Positions 1-7,214 of a DNA stretch of 7,966 nucleotides are shown here, piece by piece; the first letter of the stretch is position 1; every line of letters begins with the position of its first letter. The stretch spans positions 1 through 7,966 of the forward strand of contig NW_021828554.1 in NCBI RefSeq assembly GCF_006345805.1, in the 5' to 3' direction. The notes under the pieces are model-generated. The model was not told the DNA's origin, ran no database searches, and saw nothing but the letters and a program-made list of their open reading frames with translations. A program made the translations under genes and the position numbers. This DNA comes from Octopus sinensis (Eukaryota).

Positions 1-53
1 AATATCGCTAAGCATTTCGCCCGGCGTGCTAACGCTTCTGCCAGCTCGCGCCT
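1..53 (-). mobile_element. 5' head of a tRNA-derived SINE, cut by the window edge
   Basis: Minus strand reads AGGCGCGAGCTGGCAGAAGCGTTAGCACGCCGGGCGAAATGCTTAGCGATATT. TGGCAGAAGCGTTAG resembles a Pol III A-box/D-arm. It matches my recollection of the head of an abundant octopus SINE (recall, not searched) and resembles the decayed copy near 467-492. Confidence 0.6.
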
Positions 54-200
54 ATAAAACTTAACCTTTACTCTATGGCTCACTTTTGCGTTCGCCCGCG
101 TTTCATCAACGAAGAGTAGGTAGGATTCAGGGAAGGAGTACTTTGCTTGAAGGACAAGAAACTGGAGTCAGTGTGGGTTCAAGGGACTGGATTCAAAAGG

Positions 201-248
201 TGCAAGAAAAGTAGCCTCGCATTTACTTCGGAGGCTGCTTTTCTTGCA
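201..248. other. Inverted repeat / hairpin with 18-bp stem and 12-nt loop
   Basis: TGCAAGAAAAGTAGCCTC (201-218) pairs with GAGGCTGCTTTTCTTGCA (231-248): 17 Watson-Crick pairs plus one T.G wobble (212/237). Loop is GCATTTACTTCG. Confidence 0.9.
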
Positions 249-376
249 AACTTACTGAATAATACAAATAAGTGCCAAAAATACGGCAAAACTTTCCAGT
301 CAACACAATATTTATAATTAAGGCATAAGGCCAGTTATTTGCGGGGGAAGAAGGTTAGCAGAGCATAGCCTATAGG

Positions 377-495
377 CCCCAGTGCTTGGCGGTCATTTAT
401 TTTATCAGGATGAAAGGCAAAGCTGACCTTGGCAGGATTTGTATGCAGAACATAATTGCCGGAAGGAATATTGTAAGGCATTTTCTTCCCTGGAA
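377..495 (-). mobile_element. Older, diverged copy of the same tRNA-derived SINE family (central domain plus part of head)
   Basis: Plus strand has CCCCAGTGC…TTATTTTATC…AGGATGAAAGGCAAAG…GACCTTGGCAGGATTTG…CAGAAC…AATATTGTAAGGCATTT. The last block resembles 1-24 (AATATCGCTAAGCATTTCGCCCGG). TTTGCCTTTCATCCT on the minus strand is recalled as a conserved invertebrate SINE central domain (Meta/MESC-like; unverified). Confidence 0.5.
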
Positions 496-610
496 TAATG
501 AACAGCATCAACGATGAAGAACGGAGAAGCAAGAAGAAAAGGGTGACCGCCCAAACAGAAGAGGGACCGTAAAAGGGTATCGAGATGCTTGATACTTACA
601 ACGGGTTGCC

Positions 611-616
611 AATAAT

Positions 617-652
<36 letters not shown>

Positions 653-686
653 TAATTAATAATAATTAATAATAATAATAATATGA

Positions 687-729
<43 letters not shown>
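611..729. repeat. (AAT)n microsatellite, imperfect
   Basis: Directly visible. Confidence 0.97.
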
Positions 730-869
730 TCATTAGTACAACCACCCCCCCAAATATATGGCACACTAGGCATAACAACAACATGAACTTCCAACCCTGT
801 TGTCTCTTGAGGTCTCTGGGTGAGACTTGGAGCCAACTTGTACAAATATAAAGCAAAAGTCAAACATAG
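730..869 (+). mobile_element. Probable 3' UTR remnant of an R4/Dong-type non-LTR retrotransposon ending in an (AAT)n tail
   Basis: A 140-bp unique block bounded by (AAT)n on both sides, with a small hairpin GTCTC-TGGGT-GAGAC (812-826), ending …AAGTCAAACATAG-(AAT)n. Family assignment rests on recall and on analogy with 2613-2902; no coding remnant is visible. Confidence 0.4.
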
Positions 870-992
870 AATAATAATAATAATAATAATAATAATAGTA
901 CTAATAGTAATGATAATAATAATAATAGTACTAATAGTAATTTTAATAATAATAATAATAATAATAGTACTAATAATAATGATAATAATGAT
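870..992. repeat. (AAT)n microsatellite with recurring AGTACT interruptions
   Basis: Visible; AGTACT occurs at 897, 927 and 966. Confidence 0.95.
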
Positions 993-1325
993 AAATACTA
1001 TTGAACTTTTGGGAGGGCATTATGCCCGGTAATAATGATAAACACACGCACTGGTTCGGTCCTTTATTATTGTTAGTAATGTGTTCGTACACCGTTAACC
1101 AATTTATCGATCAGCCGTTTGAAAAACTAGTAAAAAACGGTTCTATGTTTAAGAGATGAGGAATTATGTACGTTATTTACATATTTACATTGAAGGATAT
1201 TTGTCCTCGTCTTGTTTGTTGTTAACACAACGTTTCGGCTGTTATACCTTCCAGCCTTCATCAGATGTTGGGGAATTTTGAACCTGGGTTTTCATTCCTA
1301 AGCTATTTTTTTCGATGTTATTATT
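993..1325 (-). mobile_element. Hammerhead-bearing repeat, arm A (Penelope-like pLTR or derived non-autonomous element); inverted copy of ~2903-3176
   Basis: Aligns by eye to the reverse complement of ~2899-3176, including a perfect 27-mer (1092-1118 vs 3050-3076) and TTGTTTGTTGTTAACACAACGTTTCGG. Arm A has ~55 extra bp (1119-1173) bounded by CGT microhomology. Contains a hammerhead motif. Confidence 0.75.
1224..1269 (-). ncRNA. Minimal type I hammerhead ribozyme (HHR-A)
   Basis: Minus strand: AACAU-CUGAUGA-A-GGCUG-GAAGGUAUAA-CAGCC-GAAA-C-GUU-GUGUU. Stem I AACAU/GUGUU (one wobble), canonical core CUGAUGA…GAAA, perfect 5-bp stem II, palindromic AACGUU in place of stem III, GUU cleavage triplet. 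Confidence 0.8.
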
Positions 1326-1345
1326 CGATTCTAGGCAGTGACCTG

Positions 1346-1389
1346 AATAATAATAATAACAATGATAATAATAATAATAATAATAATAA

Positions 1390-1427
<38 letters not shown>
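1346..1427. repeat. (AAT)n microsatellite
   Basis: Directly visible. Confidence 0.97.
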
Positions 1428-1429
<2 letters not shown>

Positions 1430-1980
1430 GCCCTGATGCAGTACAGGCAGTGGCTCTCATGGCTTCTGATCTTAACTGATTGGAAGTGTTATCATGTACA
1501 TTGTTTTGTCTTGGTATAAAGATGGGCTACAGCAAATATTCTGCTCAATACCACAGATTTGCTTGTCAGTTGTTTGACCTTAACCAGTTGAGCATGTCCC
1601 TTAGTGGCTGACGATATGTGCATCTCTGATCACGAGCAGAGAGTAGTGGGGGAGCATCATAGCCATGTGTTGAGAGGGATTCTTTGGGGTTTGAATAATT
1701 CACCTCTGGAAACATGGGTGGTTTTTCAACAACCTTAAACAACCCTTATTCAGGGACCTTTTGAGCGGGATGGGCTACTCAACCTGAAGAAATTCTAACT
1801 GGGCCCCACCTGCAAGGTCATGTGCTGTTTATCTTGATATGAGATCACCATGTCGCGCACATATGGTTATGATGCATGTGCCTGGTGTACCCTTATCAGG
1901 AGGTAGTCATGATGGGTATATTGGGCTTCGTTATTTTTACCCCAGTGTCACTTTGATGGCATGCACTGCTCTCTCACTCA
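1428..1980. mobile_element. Unclassified ~550-bp non-coding interspersed element, copy 1
   Basis: ATGCCCTGATGCAGTAC…GCTCTCTCACTCA, nearly identical to 2036-2585 with the same ends. Flanked by (AAT)n on both sides; no credible ORF. Confidence 0.85.
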
Positions 1981-1982
1981 AA

Positions 1983-2035
<53 letters not shown>
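1981..2035. repeat. (AAT)n spacer between the two ~550-bp copies
   Basis: Near-perfect AAT run. Confidence 0.97.
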
Positions 2036-2037
<2 letters not shown>

Positions 2038-2585
2038 GCCCTGATGCAGTACCAGGCAGTGGCTCTCATGGCTTCTGATCTTAACTGATTGAAAGTGTTA
2101 TCATGTACATTGTTTAGTCTGGTATAAAAGATGGGCTACAGCAAATATTCTGCTCAATACACAGATTTGCTGTCAGTTGTTTGACCTAACCAGTTGAGCA
2201 TGTCCTTAGTGGCTGACGATATGTGCATCTCTGATCACGAGCAGAAGTAGTGGGGGAGCATCATGGCCATGTGTGAGAGGGATTCTTTGGAGTTTGAATG
2301 GTTCACCTCTGGAAACATAGGTGTTTCGTTTCAACATCCTAAAGCAACCTTATTCAAGGACCGTTTGAGCAGGATGGGCTACTCAACCTGAAGAAAATTC
2401 TAACTGGGCCCACCTGCAAGGTCATGTGCTGTTTATCTTGATATGAGAGATCACCATGTCGCGCAACAATGGTTGTGATGCATGTGCCTGGTGTACCTTT
2501 ATCAGACGGGTAGTCATGATGGGTATATTGGGCTTCGATATTTACCCCAGTGTCACTTTGATGGCATGAACTGCTCTCTCACTCA
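2036..2585. mobile_element. Unclassified ~550-bp element, copy 2
   Basis: Direct repeat of 1428-1980 at an offset of ~605-608 bp. About 90-95% identical by eye; many differences are 1-bp homopolymer indels, plus some substitutions. Confidence 0.85.
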
Positions 2586-2612
2586 ATAATAATAATAATA
2601 TAATAAATAATA

Positions 2613-2850
2613 ATAGTAAAAATATTCAGACAAATACATAACAAAATCACCAGGACTTACAAAACACATATAACATACAGAAAATTGCACTACTGGGCAC
2701 TGCACACATCCTATGCAAAACACTTTCAATACAGTAACCAACAGAGCACCACAAACAAATCACAACACATACCCAAGGCCACACAGAGCTGCATTCGGTA
2801 GTGAAGTGAATGCACGCTATAGAAATAAAACTACTGAATAATAATAATAA

Positions 2851-2902
<52 letters not shown>
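2613..2902 (+). mobile_element. 5'-truncated R4/Dong-clade (restriction-like endonuclease) non-LTR retrotransposon: ORF C-terminus, 3' UTR and (AAT)n tail
   Basis: Coding remnant ends at TAA 2735-2737. A ~100-bp UTR follows with hairpin TGCATTC-GGTAGTGAAGT-GAATGCA (2790-2814), then an (AAT)n tail at 2837-2902. Dong-type elements are known to have TAA tails and target (TAA)n repeats. Confidence 0.8.
2620..2737 (+). pseudogene. C-terminal remnant of an R4/Dong ORF (RT + RLE protein)
   Basis: KYSDKYITKSPGLTK, then a +1 frameshift near 2662, then NTYNIQKIALLGTAHILCKTLSIQ*. This matches the IQKxxLLGTAxILRKxL terminal motif typical of R4/Dong proteins. Confidence 0.8.
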
Positions 2903-2905
<3 letters not shown>

Positions 2906-3176
2906 CATCGAAAAATACCTTAGGAATGGGAACCCAGGTTCAAAATTCCTAAGACACCTGATGAAGGCTGGAGGGTATATCAACCGAAACGTTGTGTTAA
3001 CAACAAACAAGATGAGGACAAATATCCATCAAAGTAAATAGTAGTAAATACGGCTGATCGATAAATTGGTTAACGGAATAACTAACCCATTAAACAAACA
3101 ATAACATAAAGGCCTGAACCAGTGCGTGTGTTTATTATTACTGGCATAATGCCCCTCCCAAGGTTCAATAGTATTT
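2903..3176 (+). mobile_element. Hammerhead-bearing repeat, arm B (Penelope-like pLTR or derivative)
   Basis: Reverse complement of arm A (993-1325), from AAACATCGAAAAATACCTTAGGAATG to GTTCAATAGTATTT. Contains HHR-B. Confidence 0.75.
2953..2998 (+). ncRNA. Minimal type I hammerhead ribozyme (HHR-B)
   Basis: GACAC-CUGAUGA(2958-2964)-A-GGCUG-GAGGGUAUAU-CAACC-GAAA(2986-2989)-C-GUU-GUGUU. Stem I GACAC/GUGUU; stem II has 4 of 5 pairs (C2968/A2983 mismatch); palindrome AACGTT; predicted cleavage after 2993. Confidence 0.78.
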
Positions 3177-3359
3177 CTTTCAAACACGAATTCACATCAA
3201 GTATCTTGCGAAACCAAATACAAATACGAACAATAATAATAATAAAAAATTGTTTATTTCTTTGACTTTCCACAGGACAATGGGCGACAAGGACGTTAAA
3301 AGGACAAATTATGGGGGGGAAAAAAAACCCTTATTTTACTCAGAAACATAGAAGAGTAG

Positions 3360-3500
3360 TCCGGGTCTGTAGAGCTTATCCCGAACGGGTAGCGCTTCTC
3401 GGTAGCACTGCCAGGCCAGGGATCTCTGGAAGTTGTCATAGGTCCTGGCGGTAGAGCGCGAGGGCGGCGGTCGGTCCCAGGCGACGATTTATGGAGATGG
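3360..3500 (-). pseudogene. Decayed L1/Tx1-clade LINE ORF2 fragment (region just before the C-terminal zinc-binding domain)
   Basis: Minus strand 3437->3360 encodes DNFQRSLAWQCYREALPVRDKLYRPG, matching the 'LAW…(H/R)xALPVRxxL' motif of L1/Tx1 ORF2. Upstream frames give PGPM and GPTAALALYR with frameshifts. The block is locally GC-rich and may extend to ~3640. Confidence 0.65.
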
Positions 3501-3736
3501 CATTTCTGGGTCTTGTTGAATAAGCCTATCTCTTTGCCGCCTCTTCTCCACCGAACCTTGTGTGTGTGTGGGGACAGACTCAGAAATTGCTCTGGGCGGC
3601 ACAGATTCCACCGACGCCATTGACATGGAAAGTAGTGTTACGTAAAAGAACTGAAAAACCAGGCATCTCAGTTACCCAGGGTCTCGCAAGGGTCCTTAAA
3701 GGCAGGTAATATATTTTGTTATGTGCGCATGTGTGT

Positions 3737-3747
3737 ATATCTATCTA

Positions 3748-3836
<89 letters not shown>

Positions 3837-3842
3837 GTCGTC

Positions 3843-3894
<52 letters not shown>

Positions 3895-3975
3895 TATCTA
3901 TCTGTCTATCTATCTATCTATCTATCTATCTATCCATCTATCTATCTATCTATCTATCTATCTCTCTTTCTATCT
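3737..3975. repeat. (ATCT)n tetranucleotide microsatellite
   Basis: Directly visible. Confidence 0.98.
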
Positions 3976-4190
3976 AAGTATATGTATATATGTATGCACG
4001 TGTGCAAGCATGCATGTGTGCATGTATGTATGCATGCTTGTATGTATGTACGTATGTATATATGTATGAATGTATATATATATGTATGTATGTATGCTTG
4101 TATGCATGCATGTATGTATATATGTATGAATGTATATATATATGTATGTATGTATGCTTCTATGTATGCAAGTATGCATGTATGTATGTA
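3976..4190. repeat. (ATGT)n-type microsatellite with a 60-bp higher-order unit
   Basis: The 60-base rows starting at 4021, 4081 and 4141 align in register; GTATGTATATATGTATGAATGTATATATATATGTATGTATGTATGCTT recurs at a 60-bp offset. Confidence 0.93.
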
Positions 4191-4271
4191 TGGATGGATG
4201 GATGGATGGATAGATGGATAGATGGATGGATAGATGGATGGATGGATGGATGGATGGATGGATGGATGGAT
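4191..4271. repeat. (GGAT/AGAT)n microsatellite
   Basis: Directly visible. Confidence 0.97.
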
Positions 4272-4400
4272 GTGTAGTGCCAAACGAAAGCCATGTCCAC
4301 TTGGAAGGAAGGTAACAGAAAGTTTTCGAAAAGTATTGAGTTCTGACAGATTAAAAACGTAGATTCCTACATTCCATCCAACAAGGACAATTGCAGGGCG

Positions 4401-4900
4401 AACAACAACAACAACAACAACAATAACAACAACAGCAGCAGCACCAGCGGCGGCGGCAACAACAGCTGTAACAACAACAACAACGACACCACCACCACCA
4501 CCACCACCACCCGCACCAATAACAACAAGAACAACAGCTGTCACAACAACAACAACGACACCACCACCACCACCACCACCACCCGCACCAATAACAACAA
4601 GAACAACAGCTATAACAACAACAACAACGACACCACCACCACCACCACCACCACCCGCACCAATAACAACAAGAACAACAGCTGTCACAACAACAACAAC
4701 GACACCACCACCACCACCACCACCACCCGCACCAATAACAACAAGAACAACAGCTGTCACAACAACAATAAAACGATCGCTACGACAACGACGGCTGCGA
4801 TTACGATTACGGCAACAATAAGAGTGACAAGAACAACAGCAAACGAATTAAGGACCACAACAACAACAGCAACAAGAATAACAAGAACAACAAGGACACC
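4401..4900. repeat. (ACA)/(CCA) compound repeat with an exact 72-bp higher-order unit, about 4.3 copies at ~4458-4767
   Basis: The CAGCT landmark occurs at 4463, 4535, 4607, 4679 and 4751, a spacing of 72 each. Confidence 0.95.
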
Positions 4901-4990
4901 AGCCCCATCGCCCCTTTCAGTGTGGCATCGTTTTGCAGAAAGACTACTTTTGTCGAAGAAGCAAATACAAAAGAACCCCCGACTGCAATA

Positions 4991-5014
4991 GCAGCAGCAG
5001 CAGCAGCAGCAGCA
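4991..5014. repeat. (GCA)8 microsatellite
   Basis: Directly visible. Confidence 0.95.
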
Positions 5015-5025
5015 GGAGTAACACT

Positions 5026-5585
5026 AGAAGTAGTAGTAGTAGTAGTTAAGTTGTAGTACTAGTGGTTGTTGTGGTGGTGGTAGTAGTAGTGGTGATGGTG
5101 GTGGTGGTGGTAGTAGTAGTAGAAGTAGTAGTAGTAGTAGTAGTAGTGGTTGTGGTGGTGGTGGTAGTAGTAGTAGTAGTGGTGGTGGTGGTGGTAGTGG
5201 TGGTGGTGGTGGTGGTAGTGGTTGTGGTGGTGGTAGTAGTAGTAGTAGAAGTAGTAGTAGTGGTGGTGGTGGTGGTGGTGGTGGTAGTAGTAGTAGAAGT
5301 AGTAGTAGTGGTGGTGGTGGTGGTGGTGGTGGTGGTGGTGGTAGTAGTAGTAGTGGTGGTGGTGGTGGTGGTGGTGGTAGTAGTAGTAGTAGTAGTGGTG
5401 GTGGTGGTGGTGGTGGTGGTAGTAGTAGTAGTAGTAGTGGTGGTGGTGGTGGTGGTGGTGGTGGTATTTGTAGAAGTAGTAGTAGTGGTGGTGGTGGTGG
5501 TGGTGGTAGTGGTGGTGGTGGTAGTAGTAGTAGTAGAAGTAGTAGTAGTGGTGGTGTTGGTGGTGGTGGTGGTGGTGGTAGTAGA

Positions 5586-5618
<33 letters not shown>

Positions 5619-5694
5619 GGTGGTGGTAGTAGTAGTAGTAGTGTAGTGGTGGGTGGTGTGGTGGTGGTGGTAGTGTGGTGGTGGTGGTAGTAGA

Positions 5695-5725
<31 letters not shown>

Positions 5726-6207
5726 TTGGTGGTGGTGGTGGTGGTAGTAGAAGTAGTAGTAGTAGTAGTAGTGGTGGTGGTGGGGTGGTGTAGTAGTAGT
5801 AGTAGTAGTGGGGCGGTGGTGTGGTGGTGGTGGTAGTGGTGGTGGTGGGTTAGTAGAAGTAGTGTAGTAGTAGTAGTAGTGGTGGTGGTGGTGGTGGTGG
5901 TGGTGGTGGTAGTAGAAGTAGTATAGTAGTAGTGGTGGTGGTGGTGGTGTGGTGGTGGTAGTAAAGTATAGTAGTTAGTAGTAGTAGTGGTGGTGGTGGT
6001 GGTAAGTGGTGGTGGTGTAGTAGTGGTGGTGGTGGTAGTAGAAGTGGTAGTAGTAGTAGTAGTGGTGGTGGTGGTGTGGTGGGTGGGGGTGGGTGGTAGT
6101 AGTAGTAGTAGTTAGTAGTAGTAGGTGGTGGTGGTGGTGGTGGTAGTAGTAGTAGTAGTAGTGGTGGTGGTGGTGGTGGTGGTAGTGGTGGTGGTGGTGG
6201 TGGTGTG

Positions 6208-6239
<32 letters not shown>

Positions 6240-6262
6240 GGTGGTGGTGGTAGTGGTAGTAG
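5026..6262. repeat. ~1.2-kb compound (GTA)n/(GGT)n array
   Basis: Alternating GTA and GGT blocks with a recurring AGAAGT marker. Phase slips are frequent after ~5640. Confidence 0.97.
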
Positions 6263-6286
6263 AAATACAACTGCAATAACAGTAGG

Positions 6287-6320
<34 letters not shown>

Positions 6321-6369
6321 GTCATCATCATCATTATCGTCATCATCATCGTCATCATCATCATCATCG

Positions 6370-6401
<32 letters not shown>

Positions 6402-6450
6402 GTCATCATCATCATTATCGTCATCATCATCGTCATCATCATCATCATCG

Positions 6451-6488
<38 letters not shown>

Positions 6489-6627
6489 GTCATCATCATC
6501 ATTATCGTCATCATCATCGTCATCATCATCACCATCATCATCGTCATCATCATCATTATCGTCATCATCATCGTCATCATCATCATCATCATCATCATCA
6601 TCGTCATCATCATCATCATCATCATCG

Positions 6628-6659
<32 letters not shown>

Positions 6660-6792
6660 GTCATCATCATCATCATCATCATCGTCATCACCATCATCAT
6701 CATCATCATCGTCATCATCGTCATCATCATCATCATCATCATCATCACCATCGTCATCGTCGTCGTCACCGTCATCATAATCATCATCATCA
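6287..6792. repeat. ~500-bp (CAT)n array with CGT interruptions
   Basis: Visible; the CATTATCGT marker recurs near 6332, 6413, 6500 and 6554. Confidence 0.98.
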
Positions 6793-6880
6793 GTTGTAGT
6801 ACAGATAGTAGTGAATACACACAACAGTTATTCAAACAGCAGCAGCATCGGCCGCGGCAGTAGCGGTAGCGGTGGCAACA

Positions 6881-6881
6881 G

Positions 6882-6912
<31 letters not shown>
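6881..6912. repeat. (CAT)n microsatellite
   Basis: Directly visible. Confidence 0.93.
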
Positions 6913-7083
6913 TGCAGCAGCAGACGTAGAAATTCTCTTAGTGTTTCCTTCGTGACTGCGATTCTGTCAACCGGTGATCTTCGTGTTGCTGTTTCACAGA
7001 GAAGTTCTTTAAAGATTAATGTGTGTGAGTGTTTGTGTGTGTACGTTTTTAGGATTGGCAAAGATGTGGTTATTTGCACATCC

Positions 7084-7121
7084 TTATATGTATATATGTG
7101 TATACATATATGTACATATAA

Positions 7122-7164
<43 letters not shown>
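7084..7164. repeat. (TA)n/(TG)n microsatellite
   Basis: Directly visible. Confidence 0.93.
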
Positions 7165-7165
<1 letters not shown>

Positions 7166-7214
7166 AGTTTAATCCAAACAAGAAAACACAGCAACGCGAG
7201 GACGTAGAACAATT

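Noticed and set aside
1-53. tRNA gene
   Set aside because: Only an A-box/D-arm-like segment is present and no cloverleaf can be drawn; better explained as a SINE head.
1428-1500. Hammerhead or HDV-like ribozyme at the end of the 550-bp element (CTGATGC; CTGAAGA near 1784)
   Set aside because: CTGATGC breaks the core, and no stem II + GAAA follows either motif. I could not build P1/P2/P3 pairings for an HDV fold.
656-2078. Short ORFs with poly-Y/I/N/L tracts
   Set aside because: Translations of (AAT)n arrays plus flanking repeat sequence.
1428-2585. The ~550-bp repeats as paired LTRs of an LTR retrotransposon
   Set aside because: TG…CA ends are present, but only an AAT tract lies between the copies, with no PBS, PPT or internal coding region. 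A solo-LTR origin remains unproven.
2036-2585. Treating all differences between the two 550-bp copies, and the frameshifts in LINE remnants, as real divergence
   Set aside because: Many are single-base homopolymer indels typical of long-read error, so ages and frameshifts cannot be trusted without accurate reads.
993-3176. Inverted arms as a long-read fold-back (missed-adapter) chimera
   Set aside because: The arms differ by many substitutions and a ~55-bp indel and are separated by 1.6 kb of unrelated elements; a fold-back chimera would mirror everything.
4458-4767. CRISPR-like array
   Set aside because: The units are contiguous with no unique spacers, in a eukaryotic microsatellite context.
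4363-4820. Thr/Pro-rich mucin-like reading frame on the + strand
   Set aside because: No start codon or polypyrimidine acceptor, and the composition follows trivially from ACA/CCA repeats. Kept only as a tandem-repeat finding.
3716-6835. Long ORFs (poly-V, poly-D, poly-M, IYLS repeats, 268-aa V/G-rich ORF)
   Set aside because: They are open frames only because they lie in stop-free microsatellites; no domain content.
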